A stretch of 47,279 bases of DNA from Macrostomum lignano (GCA_002269645.1 NIVC01004396.1:1-47279); one strand, 5' to 3'; shown: positions 24,365 through 37,239, counted from the stretch's first letter. Notes: generated from the sequence alone by a model not told the origin. A program made the numbers and translations.

Positions 24365-24935
24365 GTCGCTTTCTAAGAAAAACGGTTAGATTCACGTCGC
24401 TTTCTTAGAAAACGGTTAGATTCACATCGCTTTCTTAGAAAACGGTTAGATTCACATCGCTTTCTTAGAAAACGGCTACATTTATGTCACTTTCTTAGAA
24501 AAAAACGGTTAGATTCACGTCGCTTTCTTATAAAAAAACGGATAAATTCACGTCGCTTTCTTAGAAAACGGTTAAATTCACGTCGCTTTCTTAAAAAAAC
24601 GGTTAGATTTACGTCGCTTTCTTAGAACAAACGGTTAGATTCACATCGCTTTCTTAGAAAACGGTTAGATTCACGTCGCTTTCTTAAAAACGGTTAGATT
24701 CACGTCGCTTTCTTAAACGGTTAGATTTATGTCGCTTTCTTAGAAAAAACGGTTATATTCACATTGCTTTCTTAGAAAAACGGTTATATTCGCATCGCTT
24801 TCTTAGAAAAACGGTTAGATTCACATCGCTTTCTTAGAAAAACGGTTAGATTCACATCGCTTTCTTAGAAAAACGGTTAGATTCACATCGCTTTCTTAGA
24901 AAAACGGTTAGATTCGCTTCGCTTTCTTAGAAAAA
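24365..24935. repeat. ~30-bp minisatellite (CTTAGAAAACGGTTAGATTCACATCGCTTT, variable A-run), ~18 copies
   Basis: Read directly. Confidence 0.93.
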
Positions 24936-25809
24936 GTCTACAATTTCTTGAAAAACAGGCAAATTTCTTAAAGAATAACCCTGAAAAATACTTTCGTAGC
25001 AAGAATTCCGGAAAGTACACGGTTCATTGCTTGTTGTCGAATTTTCCTGGTGTGTCTGTTTTGCTAAGCCTCTCTGACACTCACCTTTACTTGAGTCGTT
25101 GCTACCAGCATTGAAGTCATGTGCCTATCGTGACAACAGAATTCAGAAAGCCTCACAAGCCAGCTCCTCCTCCTTGTATCGACCGCCACAGCTGTAGCTG
25201 CTATGAGCCAAGGACCCTCATCTTAACTGACAGACTTGTTCTCCGTCACATCGATCTGCTGAGACGAAGAAGAATGAGGAAGGCTCTTAGCCCAGGTTGG
25301 GTTGCCAATTTTGGATCCCAATTGTCAAGTGGCTCCTGGCACACCCGCCTGTCTTCGTGACTGCAGCGTCTTGCGTTCTTAATTTTTTAGCCTCATCGCG
25401 TCCGCAGGGAATCGTGTTTTTTGTCTCAGCTGGCGGGAACACAATTTATTCATTTTTCTTTTTTTATCCACTGTTCCCCTCGAAGGGGTGAGCCGATCAA
25501 TCAGTCTAAAACAGGTTTTTGCGTGTTTATTATCAGATATAAAAGGTATTTGAACGTCAGTATTTTTTAAATTGAGAAGCTAAATTATTTTTAACAAATT
25601 CACGGCTGATAAAAGCCTCAAATGCTGATTGACGCGATATGACAAATCTGCAGCTCAACCCCAGAGACCATGCTGGTTGTGCGTTTGTCGCTCATGACTA
25701 TCGTCTGTTTCTTTGAAAATCTTCTATTGCTGGGCGATAGGCCTCTCTCCCATGAGGTTTCTGAGATTCGTTTTTGATAGACACAAAGGAGACTTTGTTA
25801 CTAGAGAGG

Positions 25810-27063
25810 TTGACTCAATGATTAGATATCGGAGAGAGACTCAATGATTAGATATCGGAGAGAGTGACTCAATGATTAGATATCGGAGAGAGTGACTCAT
25901 GATTAGATATCGGAGAGAGTGACTCACTGATTAGATATCGGAGAGAATGACTCAATGATTAGATATCGGAGAGAGTTGCTCAATGATTAGATATCGGAGA
26001 GAGTGACTCAATGATTAGATATCGGAGAGAGTGACTCATGATTAGATATCGGAGAGAGTGACTCAATGATTAGATATCGGAGAGAGTTGCTCAATGATTA
26101 GATATCGGAGAGAGTGACTCAATGATTAGATATCGGAGAGAGTGACTCATGATTAGATATCGGAGAGAGTTGCTCAATGATTAGATATCGGAGAGAGTGA
26201 CTCATGATTAGATATCGGAGAGAGTGACTCAATGATTAGATATCGGAGAGAGTGACTCAATGATTAGATTTCGGAGAGAGTGACTCACTGATTAGATATC
26301 GGAGAGAGTGACTCATGATTAGATATCGGAGAGAGAGACTCAATGATTAGATATCGGAGAGAGTGACTCAATGATTAGATATCGGAGAGAGTAACTCATG
26401 ATTAGAAATCGGAGAGAGTAGCTCAATGATTAGATATCGGAGAGAGTGACTCAATGATTAGATATCGGAGAGAGTGACTCAATGATTAGATTTCGGAGAG
26501 AGTGACTCACTGATTAGATATCGGAGAGAGTGACTCAATGATTAGATATCGGAGAGAGTAGCTCAATGATTAGATATCGGAGAGAGTTGCTCAATGATTA
26601 GATATCGGAGAGAGTGACTCAATGATTAGATTTCGGAGAGAGTGACTCAATGATTAGATATCGGAGAGAGAGACTCAATGATTAGATATCGGAGAGAGAG
26701 ACTCAATGATTAGATATCGGAGAGATCGACTCAATGATTAGATATCGGAGAGAGTGACTCAATGATTAGATATCGGAGAGATTGACTCAATGATTAGGTA
26801 TCGGAGAGAGTGACTCAATGATTAGATATCGGAGAGATTGACTCAGTGATTAGATATCGGAGAGATTGACTCAATGATTAGATATCGGAGAGAGAGACTC
26901 AATGATTAGATATCGGAGAGAGTGACTCAATGATTAGATATCGGAGAGAGTGACTCAATTATTAGATATCGGAGAGAGACTCAATGATTAGATATCGGAG
27001 AGAGTGACTCAATGATTAGATATCGGAGAGAGAGACTCAATGATTAGATATCGGAGAGAGAGA
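25810..27063. repeat. 28-bp minisatellite (GACTCAATGATTAGATATCGGAGAGAGT), ~45 copies
   Basis: Read directly. Confidence 0.97.
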
Positions 27064-28087
27064 CAAAGGCTACACCGATTGGAGAGAGTTGGGTTAAGCC
27101 AGAGACACCGATCCACTCAAGTGAGCCTAGCTAGAGCTGATGACAGTATATTCTGCGTCCTTTGTCTTTCCCAGTCTAATGAGGAGTTGGTCGTGCCCAT
27201 GTACTTCTATCACAAAAGCTCCACAACACGCCTGTTGCTGGCTTATCCAGCTTTGCACTTTTGGCACAAAAAGTCCTCGCTCTCAATTATCTGGAGAGAA
27301 GCACCTGCCCTGTCGCTGCTCTGTCAGTTTTGAGCATCAGCTGAAGTATCTGGACTAATTAACCAACCTGGTCTTTTGTCCCTCTCTGCCTCGAGTCACG
27401 AAGTGCTTCACGTCCAGTCCTTGCACCCCTCCAAGCCCTCTAGAAGTCGGTCTTCCCCACTCAAAATTTTGTCCGTGGGTGGACAACTTTATACAAATCA
27501 ATAATACAATAATATATTTGCGAGATTCAGCAGATACTGTACGCAGGCCGGCACTCACACACACGCTCACACAGGGTGTACAGGGGCCGTTGTTGACTTT
27601 CTAATCGTCAGATATGTACACTTTCTGTGCCTTGGGGGTTGTGTGTGAATCGCTTGCAACCTTATTTTTGTGCACAAGTCTGATTTTTTGAGTCAGACGC
27701 GTTCTACTGCTGAGCTTCGTGGTGGAGAACCCAGCCAGCAACCCGAAAATGGAAAGCTGATCCTTGGGAAGCCAGAGTTGAAGCAAACTTGATTTCAAAC
27801 ATCTGCCTAAAAAGTTGCCCTATGCGAGAAATTTGACACCCGCACCTCATCGCGGCCAGCCTCACCCAATCTTTTTCTGTTTCATTTTTCGCCTTTGCTT
27901 ATCGCTTCCTCGTACAATGCTCGTACTTTTTCATGCTTTTACTTGTGCAAAGGTAAAGAGGAGCTTACTAGGGGGAACACCGGGAGGGGAGAGTTTGGCA
28001 ACAAAAAGATGAGCAGAAGGGAGATTCAAAAAGTAAAAACTTGTCATTGAATTCCAGACACTGAATTTTAAAGCTATGTCTTGAGAA

Positions 28088-28659
28088 GTTCCGGTGTGAG
28101 ATTCAATGCAGTTCCGGTGTGAGATTCAATGCAGTTCCGGTGTGAGATTCAATGCAGTTCCGGTGTGAGATTCAATGCAGTTCCGGTGTGAGATTCAATG
28201 CAGTTCCGGTGTGAGATTCAATGCAGTTCCGGTGTGAGATTCAATGCAGTTCCGGTGTGAGATTCAATGCAGTTCCGGTGTGAGATTCAATGCAGTTCCG
28301 GTGTGAGATTCAATGCAGTTCCGGTGTGAGATTCAATGCAGTTCCGGTGTGAGATTCAATGCAGTTCCGGTGTGAGGATTCAATGCAGTTCCGGTGTGAG
28401 ATTCAATGCAGTTCCGGTGTGAGATTCAATGCAGTTCCGGTGTGAGATTCAATGCAGTTCCGGTGTGAGATTCAGTGCAGTTCCGGTGTGAGATTCAATG
28501 CAGTTCCGGTGTGAGATTCAGTGCAGTTCCGGTGTGAGATTCAATGCAGTTCCGGTGTGAGATTCAATGCAGTTCCGGTGTGAGATTCAGTGCAGTTCCG
28601 GTGTGAGATTCAATGCAGTTCCGGTGTGAGATTCAGTGCAGTTCCGGTGTGAGATTCAA
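28088..28659. repeat. Highly homogeneous 23-bp minisatellite (GTTCCGGTGTGAGATTCAATGCA), ~25 copies
   Basis: Read directly; no spacers. An A/G variant alternates in the 3' third. Confidence 0.97.
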
Positions 28660-29264
28660 GGTTCTCCATGGCTCAATGTTTTCGAGACTTAAAGAAAGAT
28701 AATCGCAACAGTGACTATTTGCAGGCAATTAGCAAGCCCTAATCATGCGTTGGTCAGCGCAGCGTGTCGCGAATCTTGACTCGCAAAATTGTCGAGTCGC
28801 ATGCAGACTAATCCGGACAGGCCATGGCTGATCCAGAAGTGAGAAGTCCAGAAGTGAGACGGGAAAACAGGAGAGAAAGGAGACAGATAATAAGGGTGAC
28901 TGATGCCTCGCATTAGCCCCTCAGCTGCTCCAGCCTGTGGCCCAAATATCCGACTTACCGTCTGGCCGAGTTGCCTTCTTTTAAAAAATCCTCTACCATA
29001 CCGTAGGTCTGAGCACAGATTAAAAGTACAGACTAGAGCTAATCCCGTATTAGCCAAACACACGGGTGCAGTGATATTTGACCGGAACTTAATGCGCTGT
29101 CATTCTATCTGAATAACAGATGGATATTGTGACACTGGGATGTGTTGACCCCTGCAGTCTCCATTATTCTAAGGGATACTGGCCTCTACTCTTTTCCCTC
29201 CTCTTCATCATGCCCTGTTTCCCTTTTCTCATTGCCGTTCCATGAGGTACCTATCTCACCTATC

Positions 29265-29985
29265 TCTCTTCTCTTCCCGGATCTCTCTTCTCTCCCCTCT
29301 GATCCTGGATCTCCCTTCTCTCTCATCTGATCTCGGATCTCACATCTGATCCCGGATCTCTCTTCTCTCCCATCTGATCCCGGATCTCCCTTCCCTCCCA
29401 TCTGATCCCGGATCTCTCTTCTCTCCCATCTGATCCCGGATCTCCCTTCCCTCCCATCTGATCCCGGATCTCTCTTCTCTCCCATCTGATCCCGGATCTC
29501 CCTTCCCTCCCATCTGATCCCGGATCTCACATCTGATCCCGGATTTCCCATCTGATCCCGGATCTCCCATCTGATCCCGGATCTTCCATCCGATCCCGGA
29601 TCTCTCTTCTCTCCCCTCTGATCCCGGATCTCCCTTCTCTCTCATCTGATCTCGGATCTCACATCTGATCCCGGATTTCCCATCTGATCCCGGATCTCCC
29701 ATCTGATCCCGGATCTTCCATCCGATCCCGGATCTCTCTTCTCTCCCATCTGATCCCGGATCTTCCATCCGATCCCGGATCTCTCTTCTCTCCCATCTGA
29801 TCCCGGATCTCCCTTCCCTCCCATCTGATCCCGGATCTCTCTTCTCTCCCATCTGATCCCGGATCTCCCTTCCCTCCTATCTGATCCCAGATCTCTCATC
29901 TGATCCCTGATCTCCTATCTAATCACAGATCTCCCATCTGATCCCGGATCTTCCATCCGATCCCGGATCTCTCTTCTCTCCTGTC
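29265..29985. repeat. Pyrimidine-rich minisatellite built on TCTGATCCCGGATCT (18-28-bp units)
   Basis: Read directly. Confidence 0.92.
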
Positions 29986-30497
29986 TCTTCCGATCGAACA
30001 GAACTTTTTTCACCTGTGCCTTCAGTTGATGCTGAACAAGAAAGCACTGCGGCAAAGATGCGGGCAAAGCCGCAAGCCCGATTCCCCGTGTGCATTCCCC
30101 ATTCCAATTAATTTGTGCACACTAGTTGTCTAAGGCATAAAAAGGCATTGAATCCAATCTAATTAATTCAGCTGGGGACCCATCTTGAATCAGGCTCCCA
30201 GCTGCATCTGATTCTGTGACACTTCACGCTAGCAATGTTGTTTTATTGGAATCAAAACTGATCCGAAATTGCGTTGCTAACGAAATATTTGCCGATCAAC
30301 TGAGCGCTACTGTTCTTTTATTCAAAATATCTAAATATACAGTAATATTATACTACTGGATAGTATAGGTGCAGTAGTAGAAAAGCGTACGTGCATACGA
30401 TCGTAATTAATTAAGTTATGCTCGATAGGGATAAAAAGCCCCTAAAACTCAAATCGAAGACTTCTCTGCATTTTTCTTGCAACAGTTCAGCCAGGCC

Positions 30498-31739
30498 ATG
30501 GCCTCCGCAGTCTTCGGCGAGCAAGTGGACAGTCGCCGCCGGCTCCCGGTGCGGCCGATCCTCATCAGCGCTCCCTCTCAGCCAGCCGAAGGCGAGGAGC
30601 CGTCGCAGCCGCCGCAGCCGTCGCAGCTGCTGCAGCGTCAGCACCGCCAGTCGATGTCCCAGGAGGCGCTGAAAATGGACGACTTCGACCTCTACTGCCG
30701 CATCGCCAACAGCCCGGCCAGCATGGGCAACAGCAGCCCGCTGCACAGCCCGGCCGGCTCGGCCATCGCCAAGGTGGACGAGTGGATTCGCAGCCTGGCC
30801 GGCCACGAGCTGGAGGCGCCCGACTTGTCCGGCCCCGGCCAGCAGCAGCCGCAGCAGCAGGAGGGCTTCCTGCGCGTGGAGCAGCCCGGCGGTTGCCGCA
30901 TCAACAGGTACCGGTCCAAGTCGCACCGGCTGCGCCGGGAGCGCCACACGATGCTGCCAGCCTCGTCTGCGGCTGCCGCAGTTGCCCCGGCGGCCAGCCT
31001 AGGCGACAGCCTTCGCCGGCCGCGGCTGGGCAGCGCGGGGGGCGCAGAGGCTGCAGCAGCGGGCGCAGCAGCGACGGCGCCTGAGCCTCCGACGGAGACC
31101 CTGGTCCGGGTGCGCAGCTTCAGGCGGACCAAGCGCGGCCTGGTGAACCAAGGTGAGAAAATGAAATGAATGTGACAGGGATATTATAGGATATGATAGG
31201 GATGTGATGGGATATGATAGGGATATGATAGGGATATGATAGGGATATGATAGGGATATGATAGGGATATGATAGGGATATGATAGGGATATGATAGGGA
31301 TATGATAGGGATATGATAGGGATATGATAGGGATATGATAGGGATATGATAGGGATATGATAGGGATATGATAGGGATATGATAGGGATATGATAGGGAT
31401 ATGATAGGGATGTGATGGGATATGATAGGGATATGATAGGGATGTGATGGGATATGATAGGGATATGATAGGGATATGATAGGGATGTGATGGGATATGA
31501 TAGGGATATGATAGGGATGTGATGGGATATGATGGGATATGATGGGATATGATAGAGATATGCGGGCACGGGTTGTCCGCACTGGCTTACGTGTGGAGTG
31601 GAAAAAATACTTACCATTAAAAGTGCACATGAACTCCTGTCAATCCGAAGGCGACGCCACGGCCGTCGTCAAGGGCGCCCGCAGCAGCTGCAGCCTGCAC
31701 AGTTCGGCTGCCAGCAGCGACCCGGAGCTCCGGCTGCAT

Positions 31740-31772
<33 letters not shown>

Positions 31773-34700
31773 TTTCTGCAACCAATCGATCCTCGTTTTA
31801 TCGGACGGCGGCCCAGCTCAGCTGACCGAGATCACCGGTCCGCCTCGCCGCTGCCGCCACTGCCGCCCACCGGCCCGTCGCCTTCGCACGGTCCTGGCGG
31901 CTGCACGCGGCTCTGCCGGCGCTCCTGCCGGGTGCAGGTGGTCGGCGCGCCGCGCGTCGGCAAAACGTCGCTGTGCGCGCAGTTTCTGTCATCTGAGAGT
32001 CACGCGCTGAGTGCGGCGGGTGAGCTGGCGGGTGCGGGGATCTGAAGGCCTCCTTCGCAACCTGGTCAGAAACAAAAACTTCAAAACCCGAAACCTAATA
32101 TGAACCCGAAACCTAATATGAACCCAAAACCTAATATGAACCCGAAACCTAATATGAACCCAAAACCTAACAAGAACCCAAAACCTAATTTGAACCCGAA
32201 ACCTAATATGAACCCAAAACCTAATATGAACCCGAAGCCTAATATGAACCCGAAACCTAATATGAACCCGAAGCCTAATATGAACCCAAAACCTAATATG
32301 AACCCGAAGCCTAATATGAACCCAAAACCTAATATGAACCCAAAACCTAATATGAACCCGAAACCTAATATGAACCCAAAACCTAACAAGAACCCAAAAC
32401 CTAATTTGAACCCGAAACCTAATATGAACCCAAAACCTAATATGAACCCGAAGCCTAATATGAACCCGAAACCTAATATGAACCCGAAGCCTAATATGAA
32501 CCCAAAACCTAATATGAACCCGAAGCCTAATATGAACCCAAAACCTAATATGAACCCAAAACCTAACAAGAACCCAAAACCTAATTTGAACCCGAAACCT
32601 AATATGAACCCAAAACCTAATATGAATCCGAAGCCTAATATGAACCCAAAACCTAATATGAACCCAAAACCTAATATGAACCCAAAACCTAATATGAACC
32701 CAAAACCTAACAAGAACCCAAAACCTAATTTGAACCCGAAACCTAATATGAACCCAAAACCTAATATGAACCCGAAGCCTAATATGAACCCGAAACCTAA
32801 TAATAACCCGAAACCTAATAAGAACCCGAAACCTAACAAGAACCCAAAACCTAATATGAACCCGAAACCTAATATGAACCCGAAACCTAATATGAACCCG
32901 AAACTTAATATGAACCCGAAACCTGACAAGAACCCGAAACCTAACAAGAACCCGAAACCTAATAGGAACCCGAAACATCGATATAATTCTAAACCAAGTA
33001 AAAACTTTAAGTATAGCTTTAGAGCTTCAAAGCTACAGCTTCAAAGAAAAATGTTTTATAGAAACATTTATAAAATCATTGATTGGCTACTGACAGTAGA
33101 ATTGTGAGTTTTTGCTTTCGCCTCTTTTCGCAGTCGATATGCTTTAATTTTTCTAATAAACCCACAGAAGATGAGCACGCTGACGTTACGGACGGCGAAT
33201 CCAAAGAGCGCTACGTTACGGTGCTGCTGGATGGCGACGAGTATCATGTGACTTTCCTGGACACCGAGGGCCCAGAACTGGTAATGTACATTCTAGTACT
33301 AGTGACTCAGAGTTAAAGTACTTTACAATACCGATGCACTATGGCCTACCACGATTTTGCAGGGCGTGTACATCCTGGACGTTGACGCGTACATGGTAGT
33401 CTTTGCCATAGACAATAGACGCTCCTTCAACGCGGCCAAGCAAGTGCTGAACGAGCTGGTCAGCGAGGCTCGCAAAGCCTCCGCTCTGATTCTGGTGGCT
33501 AATAAAGCCGACCTGGTCAGGAACAAAGAGGTCACGCACGAAGGTGAGTGGTAGAGCTTGCTGATTCAGAAATAATCTTATATTCTTTACAAACACTCAA
33601 GACTAGTCTCTAAACTGACTCCGGACACCCACCTCACTCCAGACACCCACCTCACTCCGGACACCCACCTCACTCCGGACACCCACCTCACTCCGCACAC
33701 CCACCTCACTCCAGACACCCACCTCACTCTATACAACCACCTCACTCCAGACACCCACCTCACTCTATACAACCACCTCACTCCAGACACCCACCTCACT
33801 CCAGACACCCACCTCACTCCGGACACCCACCTCACTCCAGACACCCACCTCACTCCAGACACCCACCTCACTCCATACACCCACCTCACTCCAGACGCCC
33901 ACCTCACTCCGGACACCCACCTCACTCCAGACACCCACCTCACTCCATACACCCACCTCACTCCAGACACCCACCTCACTCCAGACACCCACCTCACTCC
34001 AGACACCCACCTCACTCCAGACACCCACCTCACTCCAGACACCCACCTCACTCCAGACACCCACCTCACTCCAGACACCCACCTCACTCTATACAACCAC
34101 CTCACTCCAGACGCCCACCTCACTCCAGACACCCACCTCACTCTATACAACCACCTCACCCCAGACACCCACCTCACTCCAGACACCCACCTCACTCCAG
34201 ACGCCCACCTCACTCCGGACACCCACCTCACTCCGGACACCCACCTCACTCCGGACACCCACCTCACTCCAGACACCCACCTCACTCTATACAACCACCT
34301 CACCCCAGACACCCACCTCACTCCAGACACCCACCTCACTCCAGACACCCACCTCACTCCATACACCCACCTCACTCCAGACACCCACCTCACTCCAGAC
34401 ACCCACCTCACTCCAGACACCCACCTCACTCCAGACACCCACCTCACTCCAGACACCCACCTCACTCCAGACACCCACCTCACTCCAGACACCCACCTCA
34501 CTCCAGACACCCACCTCACTCCAGACACCCACCTCACTCCAGACACCCACCTCACTCCAGACACCCACCTCACTCCAGACACCCACCTCACTCCAGACAC
34601 CCACCTCACTCCAGACACCCACCTCACTCCAGACACCCACCTCACTCTATACAACCACCTCACTCCAGACGCCCACCTCAAAATCAAAGATAAAACTCAC

Positions 34701-35004
34701 CCACTATTTGCATCCAACAGAGGCCAAGAACTTGGCCGCAGTTTACGGCGCAATGTTCATGGAGGTGTCAACGGCGCTGCACCACCAGGTGGACGAGCTG
34801 TTGGTCGGCACGCTGAGCCAGGTTCAAGCCCGGCAGCGCCGTATGCAGAAGGAGAAAGAGAAGCTGCTCTGCTTGGAGCGGGATGGCGGCCGGGGACTGC
34901 GGGCCTCCCTAAGGCTGCGCTCGCCAAGGCGCATGGTTGGCGCCTTCATCAAGAAGCACTTCTCATCTAGGTCGTGCGAGAACCTCGACAAGGAGACCGC
35001 TTAA
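30498..35004 (+). CDS. RGK-family (Rad/Rem/Gem/Kir-like) Ras-related GTPase, 533 aa; coding exons 30498-31152, 31651-32019, 33168-33280, 33363-33543, 34721-35004
   Basis: G1 GAPRVGKTSLCAQF, G3 FLDTEG, DAYMVVFAIDNRRSF, G4 ILVANKADLVRN, G5 FMEVSTALHHQVDELLVG, C-terminal SRSCENL. Long N-terminal extension with RVRSFRRTKRGLVNQGD. All four introns are GT-AG (phases 1,1,0,1) and the exons total 1602 nt in frame. An upstream coding exon is not excluded, since the acceptor at 30485 is in frame. Confidence 0.9.
31176..31560. repeat. 11-bp minisatellite (GGGATATGATA), RGK intron
   Basis: Read directly. Confidence 0.95.
32085..32975. repeat. 18-bp minisatellite (AACCCGAAACCTAATATG), ~50 copies, RGK intron
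   Basis: Read directly; lies wholly inside intron 32020-33167. Confidence 0.96.
33617..34680. repeat. 18-bp minisatellite (CACTCCAGACACCCACCT), ~59 copies, RGK intron
   Basis: Read directly; lies inside intron 33544-34720. Confidence 0.96.
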
Positions 35005-35206
35005 ATTAATTGGCAATTTTTCTAATTCAAAGCTTGTCGCTAAATAGACTTGATCATTGAATTAATATAATTAAAGTGCTTAACACGCTGATTTTACTGT
35101 ACAAAAATGTATGACTGTGTGACTCACAGTGACTGTAGATACTAAGAAACTTGTGCAAGGCAAGCAACCTAATACATTTTATCGATTTAAACTTGCCATG
35201 CCATCC

Positions 35207-35568
35207 ATTTCTAGCCCAAACCAAAACGGGAAACAGTGTACATTTCCAGCCCAAACCGAGACAAGAAACAGTGTACATTTCTAGCCCAAACCGAGACGGG
35301 AAACAGTGTACATTTCTAGCCCAAACCGAGACAAGAAACAGTGTACATTTCTAGCCCAAACCGAGACGGGAAACAGTGTACATTTCTAGCCCAAACCGAG
35401 ACAAGAAACAGTGTACATTTCTAGCCCAAACCGAGACGGGAAACAGTGTACATTTCTAGCCCAAACCGAGACGAGAAACAGTGTACATTTCTAGCCCAAA
35501 CCGAGACGGGAAACAGTGTACATTTCTAGCCCAAAAAGAGACGGGAAACAGTGTAGATTTCTAGCCCA
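35207..35568. repeat. 35-bp minisatellite with alternating ACAAG/ACGGG variants (70-bp dimer), ~10 copies, 3' of RGK
   Basis: Period of 35 measured (35236 to 35271). Confidence 0.93.
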
Positions 35569-36814
35569 TATTTCCATATTTAGTTCGTGCACATTTCAAT
35601 CGCATTCAATTTTTTCAAAAGATCTTTAACCTAAAAATTATTCCTTAATAATAATGATAACGGTTAGTAACCTTCTCTAACAAAATATTCTGTATTTGCT
35701 GATCTCACTAAACGAATGAACTGCAGAAATTTGCTTTACAACTTTGGCTGTTTTTAATAATATTCCATAGTTCGATAACAATATGATACTGATTGCACCA
35801 GAGGCTACCTTTTCTAATGATGCGATTATTTGTGCTTGACAAAATGTTTTAGTTTACGTATTAAATATTAAGTAAAGAAGTAAAGCTATTGTGAACATTC
35901 TACCGTTCGTATTATATTGCGCACTGTAAATATTCAACTTTGTTGTTTTCTATTGTCCTTGTTTATTCAGAAAAGCAAGACAGTTTTTTGCAAAAATAAA
36001 AACCCGGAAAATTTTGAACTATTTGCATTGTCTGCTGATTTTTTTAAAATTAAAAGCTTCTTCAAATGCCTTTAAACTGCCCCAAATTGCTCCAAATTAT
36101 ATTAGCGCAGGGCAGTCGGGCCGCACATCTCTTCCTCCAAATTGCAATTTCATCGACCTTGCTCTCGTGAGCCATCTTTTTTTGGCAATCACTTTTTAAT
36201 CCACTTTCTGTTCTCAGGGCTTTGTCTTCCGGCTTTGTTTCCCCGAGAATCACGAGCCATCCGCGAACAATAGATCCGTGGGTGGGGGGTTGCCGAGCCA
36301 ACTGGTATCCAAACCTTTCATTTGATGCTTTTTGTAGCCTAGTCGCTGTTTTGCCTTGGCGTCTTGGTGACCGTTTCCTCTGCAGCCTCTCCCAGCCAGC
36401 CTAGGCCGGATCGGGTTGGTGTAAGAGATTTTTGTGGAATCGAAAGTGCCTTATTGTAGCTCTGGAATGGTTCGATTGAATCTGTTTGTTAAGGCTGGGG
36501 CCACAGGCAGATGCTAATCTCCTGCTACTCAGAGTCCCCGCTGCTGTGGAGGAGGAAAGCGAAAAATCCCGTCCGGAAATATCCCATCTCTCACAGTCGG
36601 GAGCTCAATGCAGATATTGCAATCCGCTCCCACTGGCTGACTATCCCTGTGTCAGGGACATTTTCAGCTGTCCGTGACATTTTCATTCGGATTCCGCTGC
36701 CGCTGATCTGGGAACTGGATATGGATCAGGGCTGAGTGTTTGCCGAACAAATTACATGCTGTGCTCAATGTATGCTGCTGAGTCTGCAATATGAATGCGG
36801 AATTTGCCAGTCTG

Positions 36815-37239
36815 TCAGTCAGTCAGTCAGTCAGTCAGTCAGTCAGTCAGTCAGTCAGTCAGTCAGTCAGTCAGTCAGTCAGTCAGTCAGTCAGTCAGTC
36901 AGTCAGTCAGTCAGTCAGTCAGTCAGTCAGTCAGTCAGTCAGTCAGTCAGTCAGTCAGTCAGTCAGTCAGTCAGTCAGTCAGTCAGTCAGTCAGTCAGTC
37001 AGTCAGTCAGTCAGTCAGTCAGTCAGTCAGTCAGTCAGTCAGTCAGTCAGTCAGTCAGTCAGTCAGTCAGTCAGTCAGTCAGTCAGTCAGTCAGTCAGTC
37101 AGTCAGTCAGTCAGTCAGTCAGTCAGTCAGTCAGTCAGTCAGTCAGTCAGTCAGTCAGTCAGTCAGTCAGTCAGTCAGTCAGTCAGTCAGTCAGTCAGTC
37201 AGTCAGTCAGTCAGTCAGTCAGTCAGTCAGTCAGTCAGT
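36815..37239. repeat. Perfect (TCAG)n microsatellite, ~106 units
   Basis: No interruptions seen; same motif as the UBAC2 intron array on the opposite strand. Confidence 0.98.

Noticed and set aside
28088-28659. CRISPR-like array of 23-bp repeats (also the 28-, 35- and 37-bp arrays)
   Set aside because: Units are head-to-tail with no unique spacers, there are no cas genes, and the context is eukaryotic.
33124-33145. Alternative RGK acceptor TTTTCGCAG at 33133
   Set aside because: In phase 1 it gives V-D-M-L-stop; the acceptor at 33167 keeps the frame.
31989-34687. NPKPNM, FRVHIR, LGFGFI and SGVRWV repeat proteins (288-366 aa)
   Set aside because: 18-bp arrays lying wholly within RGK introns defined by in-frame flanking exons.
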